From Acidobacteriaceae bacterium (GTDB lineage: Bacteria; Acidobacteriota; Terriglobia; Terriglobales; Acidobacteriaceae), in NCBI GenBank assembly GCA_035508305.1, contig DATJNE010000213.1:12205-76204 (forward strand): a stretch of 64,000 nt of DNA, written 5' to 3'. Under the pieces are notes generated by a model. The model was not told the origin of the DNA. It made no database searches and saw only the letters and a program-made list of their open reading frames with translations. The translations under genes and the position numbers were made by a program. Position 1 is the first letter of the stretch; every line of letters starts with the position of its first letter. Shown one piece after another: positions 9,067 through 18,177 of this stretch.

Positions 9067-9567
9067 ATGAAACACATGCAATCCATGGCGTTAACTGTGC
9101 TGCTGGGCCTGCTGATGAGCAGCGGGATCGCGTGGGGAGGCTCGCAGACGTCGCTGGCCAGGGGGGCGCAGGAGAAGGCGGCGGAACCGGCGACGCTGGA
9201 GGTCGAAATTGTGAACCCGATTCCTCCGGTGGACCGGGACAACCTGAAGGGCTATTGGACCGGAGTGGAAGGCAAGACGAGGGAACGGTGGATGCAGATA
9301 CTGCCCGCGGCAGCTAAACCGCCATTGTCGACACAGGGAGAGGTGAAGATCGAGTGCTGGGTGCACACCGATGGGCGCGTAACAGGTATGACGTTGCAAG
9401 GCGGATCGGGGAACACGGCACTGGACCGCGCGGCGTGGGTGGCGATCACGGGCTCAGCGCCCTATGACGCCTTTCCCTATGGGATCGCCGTGAACCAGGT
9501 CAAGGTGCGTTTCACGTTTGATTACAACCAGGGCCAGCCAACGAACGACAAAGCTAAACCTAAATGA
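9067..9567 (+). CDS. secreted TonB C-terminal-domain-like protein
   Basis: Signal peptide MKHMQSMALTVLLGLLMSSGIAWG. The C-terminal GEVKIECWVHTDGRVTGMTL...ALDRAAWVAI pattern resembles the TonB_C fold. Confidence 0.6.
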   Translation: MKHMQSMALTVLLGLLMSSGIAWGGSQTSLARGAQEKAAEPATLEVEIVNPIPPVDRDNLKGYWTGVEGKTRERWMQILPAAAKPPLSTQGEVKIECWVHTDGRVTGMTLQGGSGNTALDRAAWVAITGSAPYDAFPYGIAVNQVKVRFTFDYNQGQPTNDKAKPK

Positions 9568-9616
9568 AGGTCGGAAGGGAAAACTGCGCAGTCGTGGGAA
9601 GCAGAAGGAGACGGAT

Positions 9617-10348
9617 ATGAAACTTTGGCGATGGTTGTGGCTGGTGGCCACGCTGGGAGTCCTGGCGGAAGGATTCCGCGTGGCGCTGTTTGTGGTGCCT
9701 CCCGACGCGGCGCAGGGCAATGTCCAGAGGATCTTCTACTACCACATTCCTTCATGGGCAGGGATGGGCTTGTTCTTCGCGATTAACCTGGGCTGTTCGC
9801 TGGTGTACCTGGCGGTTCGCAACGGGAACCGGGCTCTGGCGATCAAGGCAGACTCGCTGGCGGTGGCATCGGCGGAGATGGGCGTGGTGTTCTGCTTCAT
9901 CGGGCTGGTGACGGGATCGCTGTGGGGACGCGCGGTGTGGGGGATCTGGTGGACGTGGGATGCGCGGCTGACTTCGACTCTGGTGCTGTGGCTCATATAT
10001 GTGGCCTACCTGCTGCTGCGGCGGTTTGCGGCTGGGCCGCAGATGCGGACGCTGGCAGCGGTGATGGCGATCTTCGGTTATCTCGACGTACCGTTGGTTT
10101 ATTTCTCGACCCGCTGGTGGCGGACGCAGCACCCGGCGCCGGTATTCGGGGGGGCACCAGGATCGGGGATCGATCCGAGCATGATGCCGGCGGTGTGGTG
10201 GAACCTGGCCGGGTGGCTGATGTGGGGGATTTTTGTAGCGAGCCTCCGGTATGTGTCGGAGTATCGCGCGCAGAAGGCAGAGCAGAACGAAGCGCTGAAG
10301 GCGCTGGACTTCGCGCCGGGGCATGCGCAGATTGCGGGAGGAAGATAG
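9617..10348 (+). CDS. ccmC: heme lyase/exporter subunit CcmC
   Basis: Polytopic membrane protein carrying the WGIWWTWDARL tryptophan-rich (WWD) motif. ATG at 9617 with GAAGGAG upstream. Confidence 0.9.
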   Translation: MKLWRWLWLVATLGVLAEGFRVALFVVPPDAAQGNVQRIFYYHIPSWAGMGLFFAINLGCSLVYLAVRNGNRALAIKADSLAVASAEMGVVFCFIGLVTGSLWGRAVWGIWWTWDARLTSTLVLWLIYVAYLLLRRFAAGPQMRTLAAVMAIFGYLDVPLVYFSTRWWRTQHPAPVFGGAPGSGIDPSMMPAVWWNLAGWLMWGIFVASLRYVSEYRAQKAEQNEALKALDFAPGHAQIAGGR

Positions 10349-10350
10349 CG

Positions 10351-10470
10351 ATGGGAGACATCGGACATCGGCATCTGGTGCTGGCATACGCGGCGACGAT
10401 TCTCATTCACCTGGTGTATCTGGGGTACGTGGCGGTGAAATTTCAAGCCGCCAAGAGAGCGGCAAAGTAG
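10351..10470 (+). CDS. ccmD: CcmD-like small membrane protein (MGDIGHRHLVLAYAATILIHLVYLGYVAVKFQAAKRAAK)
   Basis: 39-aa single-TM ORF starting 2 nt after the ccmC stop. Size and position are typical of CcmD. Confidence 0.6.
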   Translation: MGDIGHRHLVLAYAATILIHLVYLGYVAVKFQAAKRAAK

Positions 10471-10540
10471 CCTCCCGGCCAAATTGACGGGTTTACCCCG
10501 CGTCGCGTCGTTTCGCGCCGGGATTCGATAGACTCGAACT

Positions 10541-11143
10541 ATGTTCGGAATCCGTGGTGTTGTTTTTCTGGCAGCAGGCTCGCTGATTGCGATAGGGGCG
10601 TCCGCGCAACAGGATGTTCTTCATCCGAAAGACACGTCCGCGCTGCATCCTCCGCCGGGTGCGAAGATTGCCATCGTGGAGTTCGCGGACCTGGAGTGTC
10701 CGAGCTGCGCGATGGAAAATCCAGTGATCATGCAGGCTGTGGAAAAGTATCACGTGGCCTGGGAGCGGCACGATTTTCCGCTGCCCCAGCACAACTGGAG
10801 TTTTCAGGCAGCGGTGAATGCACGGTGGTTCGATACGAAATCGAAGAAGCTGGGCGACGATTATCGCAACGCGGTATTCGCGAACCAGTCGAGCATCGAA
10901 ACGAAAAGCGATCTGCAGAATTTCACCATGAAGTTTGCCCAGGAGCACGACGTCGCTCTCCCCTTCGTCATGGATCCACAGGGGAAGCTGACCGCGGAAG
11001 TCAAAGCGGATCAGGCACTCGGGGACCGCATGGGGATCCACGAGACGCCGACTGCATGGGTGGTGACCGAGCATGGGTACAAGCAAATCACGAATTTCCA
11101 GGATCTGTATTCGATGCTGGACCAGGCGGAGGCGGGGCATTAG
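10541..11143 (+). CDS. DsbA/thioredoxin-fold thiol:disulfide oxidoreductase, exported
   Basis: Signal peptide followed by a CPSC redox motif (FADLECPSCA). Directly follows the ccm genes. Confidence 0.75.
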   Translation: MFGIRGVVFLAAGSLIAIGASAQQDVLHPKDTSALHPPPGAKIAIVEFADLECPSCAMENPVIMQAVEKYHVAWERHDFPLPQHNWSFQAAVNARWFDTKSKKLGDDYRNAVFANQSSIETKSDLQNFTMKFAQEHDVALPFVMDPQGKLTAEVKADQALGDRMGIHETPTAWVVTEHGYKQITNFQDLYSMLDQAEAGH

Positions 11144-11298
11144 GACTCAGGGTTGCGCGGCCGCTGATTGACTGGTAGAGAAGGGTTGCTTTGCGGCTTG
11201 GTGCAAAGCTGCGTGCGGGTGGTTCCCCAACGGCTCAGCCTAAGCCTTTTCGGCATCTATTTGTTGCGTTTCGAGATTTTCCCCGATTGAGAGAAGCG

Positions 11299-13422
11299 AT
11301 GAGCGTGGGCAACGGTGAAGTGGCCACGCAGCCCCCCGTGGCTGCGCGAAGACACACGGAGAGAACGGTCCACGGCCACGTGCTGGTGGATGACTATGCG
11401 TGGCTCAGGGAGAAGGAGAATCCCGAGGTGATCGCGTATCTGGAGGCGGAGAACGCCTGGTGCGGGCACGTGATGGCCGGAACCGAGGATCTGCAGAAAG
11501 AGCTCTACGACGAGATGCGGGGTCACATCAAAGAGACGGACGTCTCGGTGCCGTTCCGCGATCGCGATTACTGGTATTACCAGCGAACAGAGGGGGGGAA
11601 GCAGTACGAAATCTATTGCCGGAAGCCTGGGACACCGCAGGGCCCGACAGGCGATGAGGAGATTCTCCTGGATGTGAATCATCTCGCCGAGAACGAATCC
11701 TTCATGGCGCTGGGGACGATGGTGATCTCCGACGATGGCAACCTGCTGGCCTATACGTGCGACAACCGAGGGTTCCGGCAATACAAGCTGTATGTGAAGG
11801 ATCTGCGTACGGAGGAAGTCTTCAAAGAGCACGCCGACCGGGTGGGCTCGGTGGTGTGGGCGGCGGACAACCGGACTTTGTTCTACACCGTGGAGGACGA
11901 AGAACAGAAGCGGCAGTTCCGGTTTTTTCGGCACGTAGTGGGAATGGATTTTACCGAAGACGAGCTCGTGTACGAGGAGAAGGATGAGCGCTTCAACATT
12001 GGAGCGGGGCGGACTCGCGATGACAGATACATCCTTCTGGAAAGCTCCAGCCACACGACGACGGAAGAACAATTCCTGCGTGCAGACGATCCGCGGGGGA
12101 AATGGCGTCTGCTGTCGCCCCGGCGTGATGAAATCGAGTATTACGCCGATCATCGAAATGGGCTTTTCTACATTCGAACGAATGACGGGGGAAGGAACTT
12201 CCGCCTGGTGACAGTTCCGGTAGAGACGTCAGATCACGAACACTGGAGCGAAGCGATTCCGGCCCGCGAAGAGGTCATGCTCGAAGAAGTGGAACTGTTT
12301 GCCGGGCATGCGGTGTTGTGGGAGCGCAGGGAAGGATTGCAGCACATCCGCGTGGCCGGTTTTCGCGGGCCTGGATCGGAGATGCACGAAGGACAGGAGA
12401 TTGCGTTTCCCGAGCCGGTGTACAGCACCCATCCGCACGCAAATCGGGTCTTCGACGCGGGGAAGTACCGGTATGCCTATCAGTCACTGGTGACGCCGGC
12501 GTCCGTGTTCGAGTATGACGTGACGACAGGCGAGTCGGCGTTATTGAAGCAGGTGGAAGTGCCGGGCGGTTTCGATCGCGAGCAGTACGCGTCGGAGAGA
12601 GTCTTCGCGACAGCGGCCGATGGAGTCAGGATTCCGGTTTCGCTGGTGTGGCGGAAGGACAAACGTGAGGCGGCGAGAAATCCGTTGTGGGTTTATGGGT
12701 ACGGCGCCTATGGATATTCGCTGCCGATGGGATTCAGCAGCAGCCGGCTGAGTCTGCTGGATCGCGGCCTGGTGCTGGCGTACGCACACGTGCGAGGGGG
12801 CGGCGACCTGGGCAAGGCCTGGCACGATGCCGGACGGTTGATGCAGAAACGGAACACGTTCATCGACTTCATCGCTGCGACCGAGCATCTGGTTGCGCAC
12901 AGCTGGGGCGCCGCAGATCGGGTCGCTGCAGAAGGGGGCAGCGCGGGGGGACTCCTGATGGGCGCGATCGCGAATCTGCGCCCTGATCTGTACCGCGCGA
13001 TCGTTGCCCACGTGCCCTTCGTCGACGTGATGAATACCATGCTCGATCCCTCGTTGCCGCTCACGGTGCCGGAGTACGAAGAGTGGGGCAATCCGAACGA
13101 AAGCGAGGCATTCGAGTACATGCTCAGCTATTCGCCCTATGACAACGTCGAGGCGAAGGCATATCCTGCCATGCTGGTAAAAACATCGCTTCACGATTCG
13201 CAGGTGATGTACTGGGAGCCGGCGAAATATGTGGCGAAGATGCGTACCCTGCGCAGGGATGAGCGGAATCTGTTACTGCATACGAATCTGACGGCCGGTC
13301 ACGGCGGAGCCTCGGGGCGGTACGACTATCTGAAAGAGATTGCGCTGGATTACGCATTCCTCCTGCGGGAACTCCGCGTGATCGAGGTTCAGGAGCCGGT
13401 GACGGAGAGCAAGGTCTTCTGA
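11299..13422 (+). CDS. ptrB: S9A prolyl oligopeptidase family, oligopeptidase B-like
   Basis: N-terminal DDYAWLR...VIAYLEAEN pattern, beta-propeller-sized middle region, and catalytic GGSAGGLL serine motif. Confidence 0.9.
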   Translation: MSVGNGEVATQPPVAARRHTERTVHGHVLVDDYAWLREKENPEVIAYLEAENAWCGHVMAGTEDLQKELYDEMRGHIKETDVSVPFRDRDYWYYQRTEGGKQYEIYCRKPGTPQGPTGDEEILLDVNHLAENESFMALGTMVISDDGNLLAYTCDNRGFRQYKLYVKDLRTEEVFKEHADRVGSVVWAADNRTLFYTVEDEEQKRQFRFFRHVVGMDFTEDELVYEEKDERFNIGAGRTRDDRYILLESSSHTTTEEQFLRADDPRGKWRLLSPRRDEIEYYADHRNGLFYIRTNDGGRNFRLVTVPVETSDHEHWSEAIPAREEVMLEEVELFAGHAVLWERREGLQHIRVAGFRGPGSEMHEGQEIAFPEPVYSTHPHANRVFDAGKYRYAYQSLVTPASVFEYDVTTGESALLKQVEVPGGFDREQYASERVFATAADGVRIPVSLVWRKDKREAARNPLWVYGYGAYGYSLPMGFSSSRLSLLDRGLVLAYAHVRGGGDLGKAWHDAGRLMQKRNTFIDFIAATEHLVAHSWGAADRVAAEGGSAGGLLMGAIANLRPDLYRAIVAHVPFVDVMNTMLDPSLPLTVPEYEEWGNPNESEAFEYMLSYSPYDNVEAKAYPAMLVKTSLHDSQVMYWEPAKYVAKMRTLRRDERNLLLHTNLTAGHGGASGRYDYLKEIALDYAFLLRELRVIEVQEPVTESKVF

Positions 13423-14669
13423 AGGGCTCGTGCCTCGCGGCGGACGAGACGCGACAATACGAAGAGGCTAGCGGCGGCAAGCGCACCATCGGTGAGGAGG
13501 CTCCCAACCGCTGCTCCCCGCCAGGACCAGCGCGGAATCAGCAGCGCATTCAGGCACAAATTCAGGGCAGCCGCGCCGAATTGTGTTGCTGTCCGGTTCC
13601 ATTGCGAGGCGGAGGCGGTGATGGCTGATCCCCAGGCGTAGTGCAGTGCACGCAGGATGGGCAACAGGCAAAGCCAGCGCAGGGCCGGGACTGCCCCTCG
13701 AAAAGACGGACCGAACAGCAAAGGCAGCAACGGCGCGCCAAGAGCAAGAAGTATCGAGGTCCCCAGGGCGTAAGGCACCGTGCGTGCGAGCGTGGCCCGC
13801 GAGAAGTCCCGGGCGCGATGGACGCCGCAGGCTCCCTCACGGAAAAAGCGTGGAGCCGCGGCAGCATAGATGGCGTAAATGGGCGCACTGGCCGCGTCAA
13901 CGACTCGATAAGCGGCGGTGTAGATGCCTGCGGCCCAGGTCTGGCCGAGACTGATGAGGAAGGTTTTGTCGATGTCGTTGTAGACAGTGATGGACGAGCT
14001 GGAAAGAGAAAAGCTGAGCCCCTCCTCCAGGTCGGTTCGACGGATCCGAACGAATCGCGGGACGCCGAGGCGAATGGTGATGAGCGCGAACGCGAAAATG
14101 GCTACGCAGAGTGTTGAGAGCCAGTAAACCCTGGCCCAGAGCAATGCCGTGGCGTGGATGTCGTGAGCACGACTCCATACAAATACAAGGCTGGCGGTGA
14201 GGGCGCGCGCGATGTTGGTGAGCGCGGTGAGCCGCGCGGTCCAGGCAAGACAGCCCGCACCCTGGAAAGCGCGTGCGCCGAGCTGGACGAGTCTCCCGAG
14301 GAGACCGTCGGCCAGTGCGATCCAGGGGACGAGCGGACGGAGCGCCGGACGCAGGGCGAAGTGCGCGTAGAGGGTGGCGGCACCGAGCAGGAGGACGAAT
14401 CCGGCGAAACTGATGGCAAGGGCGTGGCCCCAGGTGCGAGCAAATGAAACGCGATCCCGGCTGAGGTTGCGAACCAGGATCATCTCCATGCCGAGGCTGC
14501 TGAACTGGCTGAGGGCGGCAATGAGCGCGGCGACCCCGACAAAGGCACCGTATTCACGACTGCCCAGGGTGCGGCCAATCAGCATGAAATAAATCACTTG
14601 GGCGGCCATGGCGACCCCCTGTCCGGAAATCATCCACAGGGAGCTTTGACGAAGCGATTCTTCAGGCAT
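13389..14669 (-). CDS. wzx: polysaccharide/oligosaccharide flippase (MOP/Wzx family)
   Basis: 426 aa, polytopic, with Wzx-like hydrophobic repeats. Last gene of the tightly packed EPS operon. Confidence 0.75.
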   Translation of the reverse strand: MPEESLRQSSLWMISGQGVAMAAQVIYFMLIGRTLGSREYGAFVGVAALIAALSQFSSLGMEMILVRNLSRDRVSFARTWGHALAISFAGFVLLLGAATLYAHFALRPALRPLVPWIALADGLLGRLVQLGARAFQGAGCLAWTARLTALTNIARALTASLVFVWSRAHDIHATALLWARVYWLSTLCVAIFAFALITIRLGVPRFVRIRRTDLEEGLSFSLSSSSITVYNDIDKTFLISLGQTWAAGIYTAAYRVVDAASAPIYAIYAAAAPRFFREGACGVHRARDFSRATLARTVPYALGTSILLALGAPLLPLLFGPSFRGAVPALRWLCLLPILRALHYAWGSAITASASQWNRTATQFGAAALNLCLNALLIPRWSWRGAAVGSLLTDGALAAASLFVLSRLVRREARALQKTLLSVTGS

Positions 14670-14672
14670 GTT

Positions 14673-15815
14673 CTATCGCTGGTGCAGCGCTTCGGTGTAG
14701 AGATCTTCAAGGCGGGCGGTTTGCTTTTCCAGATCGAAGTGCTCTTCGGCACGGCGGCGGCCGGCGACAGCGAGACTCTGGGCGAGTACTGTGTCGGTGA
14801 GAATACAGAAAATGGCCTCGGCGAATGCGCGCTCGTCTCCCTGCTCCACCAGCAGTGCGGTTTCGTTGGCGACGACCGCTTCGGATACGCCGGGCCCCTC
14901 GAAGGTTGCAATGGGCAGGCCGATGGCCTGGGCTTCGCAGAGAGTGATTGGGAGCCCTTCGCTGTCGCCGCTGGCGGCGACGATGCTGGGAGCAGCGAGC
15001 AGCGCGGCGCGGTACATCAGATCGCGGACAACGCCGGGGGGCTGCGATCCGAGAAAGGTGCAGCGACGGAGCCGCGCACGGGCCAGGGCCCGGAGGGAGT
15101 CAAGCAGCGGGCCGTCACCGACGATGAGGAGTCTGGCACGGGGATGGCGAGCCTCAACCTGCGACATGGCGTGGATGAGATGCGCACAACCCTTCTTTTC
15201 GACCAGGCGGCCGACGAAGAGAACAATCGGATCGAGGTCTCGGGAGCGCAGCGGATCGGGCACGAAAAAGTCGAGATCAACCCCGATCGGGATGGTACGG
15301 AGCTTTTCTTCAGGAACACCGCGCGCGAGAGCGCGCTGTCGGATGTGTTCCGAAACGCAGATGAAGAATCGGGCGCGTTCGCGCAGTTCGGTCTTACGGC
15401 GAAGGTATGTGCGGCCGGCGGAGTAGCGGCGAAGCGTCTGCTCCGACATCGTGGCGTCGTAACCGTGCAGGGTGACCAGCAGCGGGACGTTGAGTTGTTT
15501 CTGCAGGGACAGGGCGGCGGCGGCGTCAATGGCAAAGTGGGCGTGCAACAGAACGGGGTGACGGCGCCGGAGTGCACGGATGAATTGCGGCGCCACGCCA
15601 GCTTGCAGGAAGAGGCGGCGGCGGAGTTTGTCGGAGAAGCGGTCGCGACTGGTGAGAAGCGTAGTGTTGCAGGGATCGATCAGGAGGCTGGTACGGGCGG
15701 GACGAAGTCCTGCAAAAAAAGGGCTATAGCGGCGAAGCGCATGAGCTTGGGCAGCGACAAAGGTTTCCGAGGCAGGCAGAAGATCGGAGCGGTAGATGAG
15801 GACCGTCGGTTTCAC
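14673..15815 (-). CDS. glycosyltransferase, GT-B fold (GT4-like)
   Basis: C-terminal [18 protein letters not shown]...E motif (E-x7-E type) typical of GT4 enzymes. Confidence 0.85.
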   Translation of the reverse strand: MKPTVLIYRSDLLPASETFVAAQAHALRRYSPFFAGLRPARTSLLIDPCNTTLLTSRDRFSDKLRRRLFLQAGVAPQFIRALRRRHPVLLHAHFAIDAAAALSLQKQLNVPLLVTLHGYDATMSEQTLRRYSAGRTYLRRKTELRERARFFICVSEHIRQRALARGVPEEKLRTIPIGVDLDFFVPDPLRSRDLDPIVLFVGRLVEKKGCAHLIHAMSQVEARHPRARLLIVGDGPLLDSLRALARARLRRCTFLGSQPPGVVRDLMYRAALLAAPSIVAASGDSEGLPITLCEAQAIGLPIATFEGPGVSEAVVANETALLVEQGDERAFAEAIFCILTDTVLAQSLAVAGRRRAEEHFDLEKQTARLEDLYTEALHQR

Positions 15816-17179
15816 GAGACTTTTGGCGCCGCCGAGGGAGCGAGGTATGAACTATGCCGTTCTCTCGACGTCAGGATTTCATGCGGTGCGAGAAGCCTGG
15901 TGTGATGGTGGTCACACGCCGCCCGCTCGATGGTAACGAGGGCGGACACGTAGAGGACCCAGAAGAGGCCGTTGTAGAGGAGGAGGGTGTTCTCGTCGAG
16001 ATCGTAGAGAGCAACAAGGACGAGCACAGACAGGGGCCATGCGATTCTGTCAATTTCGCCGCACCGCCAGCTGGACCAGAGCGCAAACCAGCCACGAAGC
16101 CAACTAACTGCGAAAAGCAGGAGACCGGCGACGCCAAGTTCGAGCGCGATCTCGAGAAATCCATTGTGAGCGTGGGCGACGATAAAGTGGACAGCGGCGG
16201 CGACCTGCAGGGAGGGCCCCTGCATTCCGCGCCAGAAGGCGTCGTAACCATAGCCGAACAGAGGTCTTTGCCGGATGAAATGTGCAACCTCAATCCAGAT
16301 TGCCGTGCGTCCCGTAAGGGTGATGTCCCGCCCGAAAAGTGGTGCGACCTGGTGAAACCCGACGATCAGACCGGCTCCGATTGCCATTGTCGCAAGCGGA
16401 ACAGCTACCGCCAGAACCAGACGATTGCGTTGATCCGCCTGACGAGCAATCGCAAGCAAAGAGAACAGAAACAAAAGAGCCGCCTGAATGGCCCAGGCGC
16501 CGCGCGATCCACTCATGAAGAGGAGGAAAAGGAAGAGTGCGAGCGCAGTGAGACGGCCGGGTCGAATGAGGCTGCGGCGTGCGTCAAACAGGACTACGGC
16601 GGAGGCGAGCACCATGATCCGGCCACAGGCGTTCTTCTGGGTGAAAACGCCCTGCCAGTCCGCGGCGTGACCAGGTGAGTGGTCGAGGCCGGTGGCAGGA
16701 TCGAGGAGGACGATCATGATCGCAGCAACGGCAAGTGCGATCATTGCAAGGCGAAGGATGGCAAGCTGGCGCTCCAACGGGTACCTCGCCGCAAACCAAA
16801 TGCCGAAAAGGCCGGCCAAAGCGAAAGGCAAAGCGCGCCGCAGGGTAAGAAGAGGGTCCAGCGACCAGACGGTGGAAGCAAGTGCAAGGACGGCAAACAC
16901 GCCAGGCAGGATCAACCATGGAAGTTGCGCGATTTGATCAAGGAGAAGGCGTGGGCGGCGTAGCAAAAGTGCGATGATGACCGTATTGACGAGGGCCTGG
17001 ACGACGATACCCCCGATCGTGTTCAGGGGAGTCGGAGCGGAACCGGTCATCTCAAGTGACTGAGCCGGCGCAATGAAGGGAATGGCTCCCTGTGTGGCGA
17101 AAAAGACGAAGAGAGCTGTGCACGCCAGATCTTCGAGTGACAGCAGAGGACGCGAGATGGGTCTGTGCCTCGGCATCAT
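15812..17179 (-). CDS. O-antigen ligase/polymerase family membrane protein (Wzy_C domain)
   Basis: Polytopic, with the HAHNGFLEIALELGVAGLLLF motif characteristic of the O-antigen ligase/Wzy family. 4-nt overlaps with both neighbours. Confidence 0.8.
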   Translation of the reverse strand: MMPRHRPISRPLLSLEDLACTALFVFFATQGAIPFIAPAQSLEMTGSAPTPLNTIGGIVVQALVNTVIIALLLRRPRLLLDQIAQLPWLILPGVFAVLALASTVWSLDPLLTLRRALPFALAGLFGIWFAARYPLERQLAILRLAMIALAVAAIMIVLLDPATGLDHSPGHAADWQGVFTQKNACGRIMVLASAVVLFDARRSLIRPGRLTALALFLFLLFMSGSRGAWAIQAALLFLFSLLAIARQADQRNRLVLAVAVPLATMAIGAGLIVGFHQVAPLFGRDITLTGRTAIWIEVAHFIRQRPLFGYGYDAFWRGMQGPSLQVAAAVHFIVAHAHNGFLEIALELGVAGLLLFAVSWLRGWFALWSSWRCGEIDRIAWPLSVLVLVALYDLDENTLLLYNGLFWVLYVSALVTIERAACDHHHTRLLAPHEILTSRERHSSYLAPSAAPKVS

Positions 17180-18177
17180 CTGGCGGCGTAAATGAGAGCA
17201 GAACTTGCCGCAGCAGTGATGTCTGCAATGCCGAGAGAGATGTTCTTCGCAAGGCTGAACGGGATGTAGAGGATGTCATTGGCTCGGAGGGCGACGTCGG
17301 GGGCCCGGCCACGTTCCATGTCGCGCAGAGGCAGATCGGCGGACCGGCTGAGGCCGTCGATACTGCGGACGAGCCGGACGTGTTTCTCGCTGGCCGTTTT
17401 TGAAGTGCCGGAGGCGAGTGCAATCGCCTGCAGGACAGTGAGCTGGGAGTCGTTCTCCATCACATAGCCACCCGGGTGCGCCACATCGCCAAGGACGTAG
17501 ACGATACCCGCTTTCGGAACGATGATCGTGTCCCCGGGACGAACAAGGGTGTCGGCGTTTAACGCATCGTCGGCGTGATTTGAAAGGAAAGCTCGAATGC
17601 GCTCGCCGCCTCGTTCGAGAATGACGTGCCGATCAGCTTCCGGGGTGAAGCCGCCCGCGAGAGCGATGACGTCGATCAGCGTGTGCGGAGTCTCGAGACG
17701 CAGGCCCCCCGGGTGAACAACCTGGCCGACAACTGTAACCTCCTGGGTGGCATATTCCTCGATGAAAACGGAGACCTCGGGGTGTAGCAGGAAACTGCCT
17801 TCGCGATATTTCTCTGCGATGCGGGCAGCGGCCTGCGCGGGGGTGAGGCCCTGAACCGCGACGTTGCCGGCGAGCATGAGAGTGATTTCACCCGAATCGC
17901 GGACGCGGAGGCGCTGATCGAGTTCCGACTCGCGAAGCACTGAGATGCGGAGCAGGTCACCAGGTCCAATGAGGAGGGATTCAGCAGCTGCCGAAGGGTC
18001 CTTCTCGGGCGTCCCGCCCCGCTCGGCGGTGTCAGCCAACGCAGGCGGTTGTTTCTCCAGGACCTGGAACGCGGATGGTGGCGCAGAAGATGCCGGTTCC
18101 TGTGCCCGCACTGTGGGCACGCAGCCAACGGACACCAGCGAGACGGACAGGTACAAAGTGAGTTCAGGCGCGCGCAT
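17176..18177 (-). CDS. wza: polysaccharide export protein (Wza-like, Poly_export + SLBB)
   Basis: Lipoprotein-like signal (LVSVGC) and a PGDLLRISV...SGEITL...GLTPAQAA export-domain pattern. The ATG at 18177 is preferred over the TTG at 18204. Confidence 0.8.
   Translation of the reverse strand: MRAPELTLYLSVSLVSVGCVPTVRAQEPASSAPPSAFQVLEKQPPALADTAERGGTPEKDPSAAAESLLIGPGDLLRISVLRESELDQRLRVRDSGEITLMLAGNVAVQGLTPAQAAARIAEKYREGSFLLHPEVSVFIEEYATQEVTVVGQVVHPGGLRLETPHTLIDVIALAGGFTPEADRHVILERGGERIRAFLSNHADDALNADTLVRPGDTIIVPKAGIVYVLGDVAHPGGYVMENDSQLTVLQAIALASGTSKTASEKHVRLVRSIDGLSRSADLPLRDMERGRAPDVALRANDILYIPFSLAKNISLGIADITAAASSALIYAAR

Noticed and set aside
11188-11209. Hairpin GCTTTGC-(8 nt)-GCAAAGC after the DsbA-like gene as a terminator.
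   Set aside because: No U-tract follows and the stem is only 7 bp. It is too weak to call.
13389-13422. 34-nt convergent overlap of the ptrB and wzx 3' ends as a regulatory feature.
   Set aside because: Short 3' overlaps of convergent genes are common in compact GC-rich genomes. Nothing else distinguishes this site.
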